DNA from: an uncultured bacterium
Lineage (GTDB): Bacteria > Patescibacteriota > Minisyncoccia > Phycocordibacterales > UBA9973
Direction of reading: 5' to 3'
DNA: 64,000 bases
Assembly (NCBI GenBank): GCA_903894565.1
Contig: CAITQP010000009.1
Location: 8,576-72,575, forward strand
The position numbers and the translations under genes were made by a program. Positions 9,801 to 18,498 of this stretch are shown piece after piece; positions within the stretch are counted from its first letter, which is position 1, and every line of letters starts with the position of its first letter. The notes beneath the pieces were generated by a model. The model was not told the origin of the DNA. It searched no databases and saw only the letters and a program-made list of their open reading frames with translations.

Positions 9801-10187
9801 TTACCAGATAGAGAACAATACCTCGCCGCCGACGTGTTCCTTGCGAGCTTCTTTGTCAGTCAGAATGCCTTTCGGAGTTGAAAGGACGAGCAATCCCTTG
9901 CCATTCTTGATTGACCTAATATCCTGCGCGCCAGCGTACATACGACGTGACGGCTTCGAGATGCGAACAACTTCATTGATTTTTGGGATTCGGTCGACAG
10001 CAATGAGAGAAACCTCAAATACTGGTCGTCCGCGACGTGATTTCTTTGTAATAGCACCGACAAAGCCTTCTTTCGAAAGTTTTTGTGCGATTGCGAGACA
10101 GAGCTTCGATTCTGGAACGACAACGACGTCGCGGAGTGCGCGATTGGCGTTTTTCATTCCTGTGAGCATATTTGATACTGGATCCAT
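9801..10187 (-). CDS. rpsH: 30S ribosomal protein S8
   Basis: 128 aa with the S8 pattern (MDPVSNMLTGMKNA...LLVLSTPKGILTDKEAR..GGEVL). Confidence 0.9.
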   Translation of the reverse strand: MDPVSNMLTGMKNANRALRDVVVVPESKLCLAIAQKLSKEGFVGAITKKSRRGRPVFEVSLIAVDRIPKINEVVRISKPSRRMYAGAQDIRSIKNGKGLLVLSTPKGILTDKEARKEHVGGEVLFSIW

Positions 10188-10205
10188 AGATTTACTTTAG
10201 AGTGA

Positions 10206-10391
10206 TTACCAAGACGACTTACGGACGCCCGGGATCATGCCTTCATTGGCAAGTTCACGGAAACAGATTCGACAAAGTCCGAAATCACGCATAAAACCTC
10301 GACCTCGGCCACACTTAAAACAACGATTCTTCGCCCTTGTTGAGAACTTCGGCGTGCGCGTAGCGCGATATTTTGTTGATGTCTTTGCCAT
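10206..10391 (-). CDS. rpsZ: 30S ribosomal protein S14 type Z (zinc-binding)
   Basis: 61 aa MAKTSTKY...[23 protein letters not shown] with a CxxC..CxxC zinc ribbon. The upstream ATG at 10424 is rejected as a spurious extension. Confidence 0.85.
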   Translation of the reverse strand: MAKTSTKYRATRTPKFSTRAKNRCFKCGRGRGFMRDFGLCRICFRELANEGMIPGVRKSSW

Positions 10392-10591
10392 AGTGAAAAT
10401 AGGAGGCCCGCCAGCGCGTATCACGTGTTTGTTCTTTATATCCCTAGAGCAGGAGAAACCTAGGAAACTAAAGGAGAAAAACGGACGCCACTGACTTAAT
10501 CTGCCTCGACGCTCATATTATCAGATTTTCGCTTCGTGTCAACTCACCTCACCCACCACGATCACTATCTTATGCAGATTACCACATTCTA

Positions 10592-10620
10592 TTGACATTA
10601 GCATCTATAGAGTGTATAAT
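10592..10620 (+). promoter_or_regulatory. consensus sigma70-like promoter (TTGACA-17-TATAAT)
   Basis: ttgaca at 10592-10597, 17-nt spacer, tataat at 10615-10620, about 24 nt upstream of the ATG at 10644. Confidence 0.5.
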
Positions 10621-10643
10621 GATAATACAACCAAAAATAAGTT

Positions 10644-10913
10644 ATGTTCTCAACTAAAAATTTGTTAAGCCCAGGAGCACTATTCGGGCATTTCGCAACA
10701 CTTGTGCAGATCGTACTGGTATTTACCGTGCCTACGATTCTGCCACTGCGCTTTTTGTTTTTTTCCCTGATTCCAATCGGAGTCAGCGAAATGATGTTCC
10801 TACTTGGAGCATTCGGACTTGCTAAGCAAAAGAGGGCGGCATTCGTGCTGTTCATATTAGCAGGAATGATGATCGTAGCAACAATGTTTCAATTATTTTT
10901 CTTGCGCAAGTAA
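10644..10913 (+). CDS. small hydrophobic membrane protein
   Basis: 89 aa with three hydrophobic segments, directly behind a consensus promoter. Confidence 0.4.
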   Translation: MFSTKNLLSPGALFGHFATLVQIVLVFTVPTILPLRFLFFSLIPIGVSEMMFLLGAFGLAKQKRAAFVLFILAGMMIVATMFQLFFLRK

Positions 10914-10969
10914 CAGCCCCTCAACCTTATTCTTAAGCAGGCACTATCAATTAGTGTCTGTTTTTGCAT

Positions 10970-11806
10970 CTACTCCTCGATGTGAGTTCTCACGAGTGAG
11001 TACAAACAAGCCTCAATACCAAAAGCCTGCCCAATATCGTGCGCAAATTGTCGAACATAAAATCCGCTCGAAACAGTAAGCTCAACTTTGACCGTGAGTA
11101 ACTCATCAGGTAGGTCTCGGGCACACTGTGTCCACGTCTCAAGAATTTCGGCTTGACGAAAATCACCCTGAACAATACTCGTGAGTTTTTGGACTCGATC
11201 AAGTACTTCAGCTCGAGTGCGTGAGCCGACCGTGAGGTCGGTGTATGAAATGAGCTCCACATCATGTTTCGGCAAAAGAACCTCATTCCCCGCCCGCGCA
11301 TGCGTATGAAGCTGAATACCATCTACCGTCTTTGAAGAATATGCTGGATACTGTTGTTGGAATTTACCGATCATTTTTTTAAGAAATGCTTCAACGTGCG
11401 CAGAAATTTCCAAACATTCTTTTGAAAAGGCAACTCGTCGCGCGTGCTCGCGCGCGAGCTTCTCGGCGCCAAGCGCCTGCGAAAGGCCTTCTTCAAAAGA
11501 ATGTTTGGAAATTTCTGCGCAGGTAGAAGGAATACCCAACAAATCATATGTATCAGTTGATACACTAAAAATAATTTCGGCTACATACGTTTTAGAGAGT
11601 CCGCTGTAAGCGTCTTTGTTTTTACATTCCTCACCCACGAGGATAATCAGTTCACCTTCCGCGGCTGGGTCAAGTCGCCCCGCATACGTCATCGGAACAC
11701 TCGCATCAATCCCTTCGCTCGCGCGGAGTCGCTCCAAACAAACAAGCGGGGTTTCTCCCCACTCTTTGTATACGCGATATACGTTTTTTATACCTTCGCT
11801 TGCCAC
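10970..11806 (-). CDS. truB: tRNA pseudouridine(55) synthase TruB carrying an in-frame 41-aa insertion encoded by a palindromic repeat element
   Basis: MTYAGRLDPAAEGELIILVGE...KTYVAEI.FSVSTDTYDLLG and MIGKFQQQYPAYSSKTVDGIQLH match the TruB GxLDP and GxIxQxPPxYSAxK motifs. The frame is continuous through the 123-bp repeat at 11398-11520. Confidence 0.7.
   Translation of the reverse strand: MASEGIKNVYRVYKEWGETPLVCLERLRASEGIDASVPMTYAGRLDPAAEGELIILVGEECKNKDAYSGLSKTYVAEIIFSVSTDTYDLLGIPSTCAEISKHSFEEGLSQALGAEKLAREHARRVAFSKECLEISAHVEAFLKKMIGKFQQQYPAYSSKTVDGIQLHTHARAGNEVLLPKHDVELISYTDLTVGSRTRAEVLDRVQKLTSIVQGDFRQAEILETWTQCARDLPDELLTVKVELTVSSGFYVRQFAHDIGQAFGIEACLYSLVRTHIEE
11398..11520. repeat. structured repeat element, family 1, copy 1 (inside the truB coding sequence, in frame)
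   Basis: 80-bp core ttttgaaaaggcaactcgtcgcgcgtgctcgcgcgcgagcttctcggcgccaagcgcctgcgaaaggccttcttcaaaag is flanked by a perfect 22-bp inverted repeat gcgcagaaatttccaaacattc / gaatgtttggaaatttctgcgc. Length 123 = 41 codons. Confidence 0.7.
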
Positions 11807-12366
11807 GCCGTGTACGCCTCCAGAATCATTTGCTCAACTGTCGGAATATCATTCACTTTTGTATCAATCACCAAATCAAAATGGCTCGGGTCCTGGTAAT
11901 TTTCAATGGCGTAATATTTGTTGTAACGTTCTTTCTCACTCGCAAGTCGCTCAGAAAGTCGTGTCTTCACGTCGATGAGTGTCTCTGACATTTCCTCCTT
12001 GCGTTCAGATTTCTTGGCTTGAATATCGCCGAACACACGAGCACCCGCCGTATCCAAATCAAGATTCAAAAATACTTTGAATGAATCAGGTGCGAAAAAC
12101 CATCCAATACGTGAATCAATCACAAAATTGTTATTGCTATCCATGAAGGCTTTTTGCTTGGCATCGATTTCACGATCAACCGCTGGGTCATTTTCTGCAA
12201 GGAGGTTGAGTTCAACGATAGTCAGCCCACGCTCACTCGCCATCGCACGCATGAAGTCCCCAGCCGAGTAGTGCGGATAGCCGAGCGCTGTGGCCACACG
12301 CTTGGCAGCGGTTGATTTGCCTGAACCGAGCATGCCACAGATGGTGATGATGTTGCGCTTTTGCAT
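11788..12366 (-). CDS. cmk: cytidylate kinase-like nucleoside monophosphate kinase (P-loop)
   Basis: ITICGMLGSGKST Walker A and overall CMP-kinase-like layout. Start chosen at MQKRNIITICG. Confidence 0.5.
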   Translation of the reverse strand: MQKRNIITICGMLGSGKSTAAKRVATALGYPHYSAGDFMRAMASERGLTIVELNLLAENDPAVDREIDAKQKAFMDSNNNFVIDSRIGWFFAPDSFKVFLNLDLDTAGARVFGDIQAKKSERKEEMSETLIDVKTRLSERLASEKERYNKYYAIENYQDPSHFDLVIDTKVNDIPTVEQMILEAYTAWQAKV

Positions 12367-12446
12367 AGGCGAAGAATAGCACGACTCGAGCAAAATAAAA
12401 AATAACCACCCAATCCTGAGTAGTTATTTTCTATTATTATTTATAT

Positions 12447-13013
12447 TTAATCTACGGAGAGACTGTTCTCAGTAGCAAATAGCTGTAGTTGGAAAAGGCC
12501 AACTTCCTCAATACCAAACCTGACAAAGATATCGAGCAGCAGTAGTAACTGTTGGCAATATTTTCGTTCTTTAGGGTCCTTTTTGGTCTCTTTCTCAGCC
12601 ACAATCTTTGAACGAATGATCTCACCCTCCTCGACAATCCATTTTTTAAAGTTATCTTCAATTTTTTTCACATACCAATCAACCAACTGTTGATTGGGCT
12701 TAAGTGACCTTTTCAGCATCACTATTTTATGGGGATAAAATCCCCCGAGGTCCATCTCCCTTTTTATCGTCAAGAATAGAACGAAGACAAACTCGTCTAT
12801 TGACCTTTTTTGCAGTAGGGTCAATTTCTTTTTGCAAAAAAGGTACTCCGCGAATATCTCGCGGTTTATTGATGTTAGCCAGGTAATCCTTTTGTGTAAA
12901 CCTGGAAGACCAATCCCTAGGTCCTGCTTCTCAAACAGATACCTTTGAAAAAAATACCGAGCCAAAAAAAATACGGCGGGTAGAACTAAGAAAATCAATG
13001 CTAGTTTGCTCAT
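12447..13013 (-). CDS. hypothetical membrane-anchored protein (AT-rich)
   Basis: ORF track entry. Start chosen at MSKLALIFLVLPAVFF, an N-terminal TM segment. Composition clearly lower GC than the ribosomal neighbours. Confidence 0.45.
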   Translation of the reverse strand: MSKLALIFLVLPAVFFLARYFFQRYLFEKQDLGIGLPGLHKRITWLTSINREIFAEYLFCKKKLTLLQKRSIDEFVFVLFLTIKREMDLGGFYPHKIVMLKRSLKPNQQLVDWYVKKIEDNFKKWIVEEGEIIRSKIVAEKETKKDPKERKYCQQLLLLLDIFVRFGIEEVGLFQLQLFATENSLSVD

Positions 13014-13121
13014 GTGAACAATTGTTTTGTTGTGTGAAATTTTATTTACACTACAACATATCCACATATATAACAAGAGCCACACGTGAGTGTGGCTCTT
13101 GTTATATACTATGAAAATTGA

Positions 13122-13682
13122 TTATTTCTTCTTCTTTACATCCTCTTCCTTTTTGAAAGGAACACCGATGAGTTCGAAGAATGCGAGACCTTCTGCCTTT
13201 GTCTTTGCACTCGAGACGATTGTGACAGAGAGACCGAAGACATCCTTGATATCTTCATCTGCAGTTTCAGGGAAGATTGTGTGTTCCTTGATACCGAGTG
13301 TGAGGTTACCGATCGAGTCAACAGCTGAAGGATTGAATCCACGGAAGTCCTTCGTGCGAGGGACTGCAATGTTGAAAAACTTTTCAAGAAATCCGTACAT
13401 GCGAGGACCGCGGAGTGTTACAGAAACACCGACTGGGTCGCCCTGACGAATCTTGAATGTTGCGATTGATTGCTTTGCACCACGGAGTGCAGTCTTCTGT
13501 CCGGTGATCTTGGTCAAACGGTCAGCAACGAGATCGTTGTGATTCTTGTTACGCTTCATTGCGTTTCCAGTTCCGGAACCAACAACAACCTTCTGGAGCT
13601 TTGGAGCTCCCATGACGTTCTTGTAGCCAAACTTTGGCTTCAAAACTTCGTATGATTTTTGTGCTTTTTCTTTTACAGTCAT
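13122..13682 (-). CDS. rplE: 50S ribosomal protein L5
   Basis: MTVKEKAQKSYEVLKPKF start and L5 signature regions. Trimmed from ORF 13122..13745. Confidence 0.9.
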   Translation of the reverse strand: MTVKEKAQKSYEVLKPKFGYKNVMGAPKLQKVVVGSGTGNAMKRNKNHNDLVADRLTKITGQKTALRGAKQSIATFKIRQGDPVGVSVTLRGPRMYGFLEKFFNIAVPRTKDFRGFNPSAVDSIGNLTLGIKEHTIFPETADEDIKDVFGLSVTIVSSAKTKAEGLAFFELIGVPFKKEEDVKKKK

Positions 13683-13683
13683 A

Positions 13684-13989
13684 TTATACTTCCTGTCCGC
13701 TCTTCTTAGCGATGCGGATCTTCTTTCCATTAACATCCTGAGCACCCAAACGAGTTGGCTTGCCGGACTTTGGATCGAGGATCGCGACGTTTGAGCGATT
13801 TACTGGGTGAGCAATGTCCACCATCTGTCCCTTACCACCACGGGTAGTACTCTTCTGGTGACGCTTCTTCATGTTGAGACCCTCGACGAGAACTTTGTTC
13901 TCCTTTGGGAATACTGCGAGGATTTTGCCTTTTTTACCAGCATCCTTGCCTTTTGTGACTATTACGTTGTCTCCTTTTTTGATATTCAT
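13684..13989 (-). CDS. rplX: 50S ribosomal protein L24
   Basis: MNIKKGDNVIVTKGKDAGKKGKI KOW motif. Confidence 0.9.
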   Translation of the reverse strand: MNIKKGDNVIVTKGKDAGKKGKILAVFPKENKVLVEGLNMKKRHQKSTTRGGKGQMVDIAHPVNRSNVAILDPKSGKPTRLGAQDVNGKKIRIAKKSGQEV

Positions 13990-14012
13990 ATAATTGAAAG
14001 GTAGATTAATCG

Positions 14013-14390
14013 TTAGATAACCTCAGGGGCAAGAGAAATAATCTTCTGGTATCCGCGCTCTCCGAGCTCGCGTGGAATTGGTCCGAAAATGCGTCCAGCA
14101 ATTGGCTCGAAGCGCTGCTTTCCAGAACCGATGAGCACAACTGCGTTGTCATCAAAACTGATGTATGAACCATCTTTGCGGCGCATAGCTTCGCGCTGAC
14201 GGACAACAACTGCGTGGTGAACACCCTTCTTTTTGACACCCTTGCGAGGTTCAGCCACTTTGACCGAAATCACAACGACATCGCCGATGCGTGCGTAGCG
14301 ACGCTTGGATGAACCAAGCACCTTGAAGACCATGCCGACTTTTCCTCCGGCGTTGTCTGCTATTTTGACTATTGTTTGTGGCTGAATCAT
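14013..14390 (-). CDS. rplN: 50S ribosomal protein L14
   Basis: MIQPQTIVKIADNAGGK start, 125 aa. Confidence 0.95.
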   Translation of the reverse strand: MIQPQTIVKIADNAGGKVGMVFKVLGSSKRRYARIGDVVVISVKVAEPRKGVKKKGVHHAVVVRQREAMRRKDGSYISFDDNAVVLIGSGKQRFEPIAGRIFGPIPRELGERGYQKIISLAPEVI

Positions 14391-14413
14391 ATAATGTGTG
14401 TTACCTAAAACTA

Positions 14414-14674
14414 TTACTTAGTGACGAGAGTGAAACGCTTGTCTTTTGAGATAGGTTTTGTCTCGACGATTTGAACCTTATCCCCTACTTTTGCAACTCC
14501 GTTCTCATCATGTACCTTGTACTTCTTTGTAAGTGTCTGGTACTTGAGATACTTTGGGTGCTTCTCGAAGCGTGTGACCGCTACAGTGACTGTCTTTTGC
14601 ATTGCTGCTTTGACAACTGTTCCTGAGAGGACGGTCTTCTTTGTATTACTTTTTTCTGGTGTTTTTGTTTTCAT
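14414..14674 (-). CDS. rpsQ: 30S ribosomal protein S17
   Basis: 86 aa S17 OB-fold pattern (..VHDENGVAKVGDKVQIVETKPISKDKRF). Only 8 nt from the rplP stop, so there is no rpmC between them. Confidence 0.9.
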   Translation of the reverse strand: MKTKTPEKSNTKKTVLSGTVVKAAMQKTVTVAVTRFEKHPKYLKYQTLTKKYKVHDENGVAKVGDKVQIVETKPISKDKRFTLVTK

Positions 14675-14682
14675 AAAAATAC

Positions 14683-15102
14683 TTATGCACGAGAGACGAC
14701 GCGAGTTTTGACTGGAAGTTTGGTTCCCGCCTTGCGGAGAGCCTCACGAGCACCTGCTTCATCCATACCGTCGATTTCAAAAATGACACGGCCTGGGCGA
14801 ATCTCCATACAGAATCCCTGTGGATCTCCTTTACCCTTACCCATTCCCACTTCTGGTGGCTTTGCCGTATATGGTCGGTCTGGGAAGATACGAATCCATG
14901 CTTTGCCCGTCTTGGTCATCTGACGTGCCATAGCCTTACGAGCAGCCTCGAGCTGGTTTGAACGAATACGTCCAGATGTCTCAGCCTTGAGGCCGAAAGA
15001 TCCATACGAGATTGTCGTACCTCGGGTGTCAGGCTTCAAGGTACTCATGTCCTTGCGTCCGGTCTGCCACTTTCTGTATTTTATTTTCTTAGGGAAAAGC
15101 AT
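14683..15102 (-). CDS. rplP: 50S ribosomal protein L16
   Basis: MLFPKKIKYRKWQTGR start, 139 aa. Confidence 0.95.
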   Translation of the reverse strand: MLFPKKIKYRKWQTGRKDMSTLKPDTRGTTISYGSFGLKAETSGRIRSNQLEAARKAMARQMTKTGKAWIRIFPDRPYTAKPPEVGMGKGKGDPQGFCMEIRPGRVIFEIDGMDEAGAREALRKAGTKLPVKTRVVSRA

Positions 15103-15122
15103 AAATGTATCGTTAAATTAGA

Positions 15123-15815
15123 TTATTTCTTGGCTATGGTCGAGTTCTTTGCATCTTCTTTTATATCGAAGATTTCACCGCGGTAAATCCACACCTTGAT
15201 ACCGATGTCTCCATAGGTCATGTGTGCACGCTCACGAGTGTAGTCGACGTCTGCACGGAAAGTCTGAAGTGGGATTGATCCACGCTTCTGCTCTTCGATG
15301 CGGGCGATTTCTGCACCACCGAGACGTCCTGAGATGACGATCTTGACTCCTTCAACTCCGCGAGTAGCGATGACACGCTCTACAGCCTGCTTCATAACAC
15401 GGCGGAATGGAAGACGCTTTTCAAGAGCCTCAGCAACACCATACGCAACGATGTGTGCATCAGCATCTGGGTTCATAACTTCAATGATGTCGAGCTTGAG
15501 TTCTTCTGGAACTGGAATGCCCTTCTTTTTCATGAAAGTGACAATTTCCTGCTTGAGTTTGGTTGATCCCTCACCTGAGCGACCAATGACCATACCTGGG
15601 CGTGATGTACGAATGATGAAACGAGTAGACTTTGGTGAGCGCTCCATCTCAATAGATGAGACATAGAGACCGCGCATACGCTTCTCGAGGTATTCACGAA
15701 CAAGAACATCTCCCTTGAGGTATTCTCGGTATTTCTTAGGTCCTGCAAACCAGCGAGATTTCCAATCTCGGAGGATAACAAGTCGGTGTGCGTATGGATG
15801 GACAACTTTTGACAT
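15123..15815 (-). CDS. rpsC: 30S ribosomal protein S3
   Basis: 230 aa with KH plus S3 C-terminal domain. Confidence 0.95.
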   Translation of the reverse strand: MSKVVHPYAHRLVILRDWKSRWFAGPKKYREYLKGDVLVREYLEKRMRGLYVSSIEMERSPKSTRFIIRTSRPGMVIGRSGEGSTKLKQEIVTFMKKKGIPVPEELKLDIIEVMNPDADAHIVAYGVAEALEKRLPFRRVMKQAVERVIATRGVEGVKIVISGRLGGAEIARIEEQKRGSIPLQTFRADVDYTRERAHMTYGDIGIKVWIYRGEIFDIKEDAKNSTIAKK

Positions 15816-15818
15816 ATA

Positions 15819-16241
15819 TTATTTCGTTACTGACTTAGCCTTAGTAGCTTTCTTTACTGGAGCCTTTTTCGCCTTTGGCTCAGCTTTCACGGCCTTGGTC
15901 TTCTTCTCTTCTTTGACACCGGTCTCAGCGAGAGTAAGAGTAACATGGCTTGAATGTTTGTGGATTGCGGAAGCGCGTCCGAAAGCTCGTGGCATATGGC
16001 GCTTCATAACGATACCCTTGTCTACAGTGACATCTTTGACGAAGAGGTTCGCAACATCGGCACCGCCTACCTTTGCGTTTGCAACAGCTGAAGCAAGGAG
16101 CTTTTCCATAGGAAGAGCAGCACGCTTTGCAAGGTGCTTGAGTTCGAGTTCAGCCACAGCGACTGGCTTGCCCTTAATGAGACCCGCTACGAGGCGGACT
16201 TTGCGAGGAGCTTGGCGATAGTTTTTGAGAAAAGCTTTCAT
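15819..16241 (-). CDS. rplV: 50S ribosomal protein L22 with Lys/Ala-rich C-terminal tail
   Basis: L22 core plus KAVKAEPKAKKAPVKKATKAK tail. Confidence 0.9.
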   Translation of the reverse strand: MKAFLKNYRQAPRKVRLVAGLIKGKPVAVAELELKHLAKRAALPMEKLLASAVANAKVGGADVANLFVKDVTVDKGIVMKRHMPRAFGRASAIHKHSSHVTLTLAETGVKEEKKTKAVKAEPKAKKAPVKKATKAKSVTK

Positions 16242-16254
16242 AAGAGTTTAGATA

Positions 16255-16602
16255 TTACTTCTTCTTGGCATCAGTTGTAGAAGCCTTTGCAGCCTGAGCA
16301 GCGGCGATGTCACTCTCCTTCTGCTTGGTTTCGAGCTCCTTCTGCATCTTACCTCCGTGCTTACGGAATGTACGTGTAGGAGAAAACTCACCCAATCGGT
16401 GACCAACCATGTCCTCAGTAACGAGAACCTCAACATGCACCTTGCCGTTGTGAACACCAAAAGTGAAGCCCACCATTTCTGGGGCAATCTGACATGCGCG
16501 TGCCCATGTCTTAATAACAGCGGAACCTTGCGCTGTTTTACCCTCAATCTTTTTCATGAGGCGCTCGTCTACATATGGTCCTTTTTTGAGTGATCGTGTC
16601 AT
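16255..16602 (-). CDS. rpsS: 30S ribosomal protein S19 with C-terminal extension
   Basis: [15 protein letters not shown] start. Trimmed from ORF 16255..16668. Confidence 0.9.
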   Translation of the reverse strand: MTRSLKKGPYVDERLMKKIEGKTAQGSAVIKTWARACQIAPEMVGFTFGVHNGKVHVEVLVTEDMVGHRLGEFSPTRTFRKHGGKMQKELETKQKESDIAAAQAAKASTTDAKKK

Positions 16603-16749
16603 ACAGTAATTAAAATAGCTCCGAGGAGCCGTGTCCAGACATACTAGCAAAAACGCGGAGATTGTCAAATCCCCTGATTCTTTTATTCCCTTATTTGACG
16701 AAACGACTATTTTGTATTAAAGTTTCGTCAACCAAAAATTTAAAATCTA

Positions 16750-17289
16750 ATGTTAACGCGACCACAACTCGAGGCATTCCTCATATGGGAACTCGCCGAC
16801 GCACTTACTTCTAAAACGGGGAAAAATTCTCGTGCGATTAAAAAACGTATTCTTAAAACGAAGTGCTTGCACGTCTTTACAAGTTTAGTAAAGGGAGTAA
16901 AAGCTCTTGAAAAAATTGACTACCTTATTTCACTGAGAGAGAAAGATTCCCTCGCAAAAAGTTGTGCGTCGATAATTGACGCACAGTTCCTACATTTCGA
17001 AGGAGGAAAATTTTTTGACACTCGCGGTTACCAAATAGAGCCAAAGTGCCACGAAAAGCTTAAGCCGAGAATGATGCTGTTCGCAACCACACAGACTGAT
17101 GAAGATAGAGTCTCGGCAGGCCTTCTCAGCGCAATGCAAAAAATAAATTTCAAAGGAACCTTCGTCGTGGTAAGCCATGATGAAGTACCTGGATTAATCA
17201 AAGCTGCCACCCTATTGGAAGTAGTCCAATTACGGGGAGAATGTGATGATAAGAAGCTTATTCAATTAAGGAATGATCTTCTCATCTGA
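16750..17289 (+). CDS. hypothetical protein on the opposite strand inside the ribosomal cluster
   Basis: 179 aa ORF, no recognised motif. Confidence 0.4.
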   Translation: MLTRPQLEAFLIWELADALTSKTGKNSRAIKKRILKTKCLHVFTSLVKGVKALEKIDYLISLREKDSLAKSCASIIDAQFLHFEGGKFFDTRGYQIEPKCHEKLKPRMMLFATTQTDEDRVSAGLLSAMQKINFKGTFVVVSHDEVPGLIKAATLLEVVQLRGECDDKKLIQLRNDLLI

Positions 17290-17356
17290 ACACTCAGAAT
17301 TGGAAACAAAATGAAAATAGAAAAAGCGTACTTACAATGAACGCTTTTTCTTTTGC

Positions 17357-17755
17357 CTATTTTAAGTAAAACAACGCGAATACTTTTGGAAGAAAAATAA
17401 TCATTCCGATGATTCCCCCGAGGAAGACGGTGATGAGTACGGCGCCGGCAGCAATGTCTTTGATATCACGCGCTTTCGGATTGTATTCTGGGCTCTTGAG
17501 ATCAACGTCAATTTCGATCGCCGTATTCACAGCTTCAGCTGCAAGAATGAGACTCATCGTGAGGAGAATAACGATCCATTCAATATTTGAAATACGAAGC
17601 AAGAATCCGAGATACACAGCGAGAAGCGCAAAGAAAAGGTGGAGCCACGCCGCATGGGTATCCTTGATGAATATCCCTACTCCACGAAGTGCGTGATTTG
17701 AATGATGAATGCGCTTGCGCAAACTAAATGGCTGTTTCTGTTCTCCTGGTTGCAT
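17357..17755 (-). CDS. dgkA: diacylglycerol kinase / undecaprenol kinase family membrane protein
   Basis: AAEAVNTAIE motif and 3-TM layout typical of prokaryotic DgkA. Start at MQPGEQKQ. Confidence 0.7.
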   Translation of the reverse strand: MQPGEQKQPFSLRKRIHHSNHALRGVGIFIKDTHAAWLHLFFALLAVYLGFLLRISNIEWIVILLTMSLILAAEAVNTAIEIDVDLKSPEYNPKARDIKDIAAGAVLITVFLGGIIGMIIFLPKVFALFYLK

Positions 17756-17830
17756 ATGAAAAGTGTACCATAGAAAAAGACGCGAGCAGATAATCACTCA
17801 CGTCTTTTTTCTTTTCAGATTTTCCTTTTT

Positions 17831-18193
17831 TTACTTTCTTGCGGGGACAAGAATCATCGAGCCAGCACCATAGTACTGGTCTGGGTTCGCAAACACGAAG
17901 CCTTCTCCGGTGAACTCATACAAATGACTATTGTACGAAATGAGGTAGACGGCTTTGTGTTCCCTCTTTACTTTTTTCCAACCATCCAGAGTTTGAACAG
18001 GGTATTCATGCTCGATCTGATTTGGCAATCCAGCCTGATGGGCATTTGCCATCATGAACACGAACGTGTCGATACTTAATTTAAATTCCTTGCGGTTAAC
18101 TATTTGCTTTAGCCAAGGACATGAACATGCAATCGTGTGCATGATTTGAAATTGATTGCCAGCAATCATAAGCTGAGTGATTGTGCTCTTCAT
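17831..18193 (-). CDS. hypothetical protein
   Basis: 120 aa ORF; no family recognised. Confidence 0.4.
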   Translation of the reverse strand: MKSTITQLMIAGNQFQIMHTIACSCPWLKQIVNRKEFKLSIDTFVFMMANAHQAGLPNQIEHEYPVQTLDGWKKVKREHKAVYLISYNSHLYEFTGEGFVFANPDQYYGAGSMILVPARK

Positions 18194-18295
18194 AAATTTT
18201 GGTTTTAAAAGAAAAGAAATACGTGGTCATTCATTTTGGACCACAGCTCTAAAGACTCTGAGCTTCTCGAGAGCTGTGGTTCAAAACCCATAATA

Positions 18296-18326
18296 CAAAA
18301 GCCCCCCGCGTACGCGGGGGCTTTTG
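18296..18326 (-). terminator. rho-independent terminator hairpin (second of two after rplB)
   Basis: aaaagccccccgcgtacgcgggggcttttgt. Confidence 0.5.
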
Positions 18327-18455
18327 TATTATTGAATCAAAGATTTATACAATAAAAGCAAACCCCCGCGCCGAGCGGATAATAATGAGGGTGCTAATAA
18401 TTGTGTTCTGAGCGAACATATTTTTAATTTAGTATTCTGGGGAGAAAAAGTCAAG

Positions 18456-18485
18456 CAAAAACGCGCCCGTAAGGGCGCGTTTTTG
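18456..18485 (-). terminator. rho-independent terminator immediately downstream of rplB
   Basis: aaaaacgcgcccgtaagggcgcgttttt, with a T-run on the minus strand after the hairpin. Confidence 0.6.
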
Positions 18486-18498
18486 TGTGTCATTTGAA

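Noticed and set aside
10392-10424. Upstream ATG extending rpsZ to 72 aa
   Set aside because: Z-type S14 proteins are ~61 aa and begin MAK. The extension [11 protein letters not shown] has no counterpart.
11371-11565. ORFs 11371..11565(-), 32345..32545(-) and 50897..51217(+) sharing the peptide KKAFRRRLAPRS..ASTR..LPFQ
   Set aside because: The shared peptide is simply the family-1 repeat element read in one frame. These are artefacts of the repeat, not a protein family.
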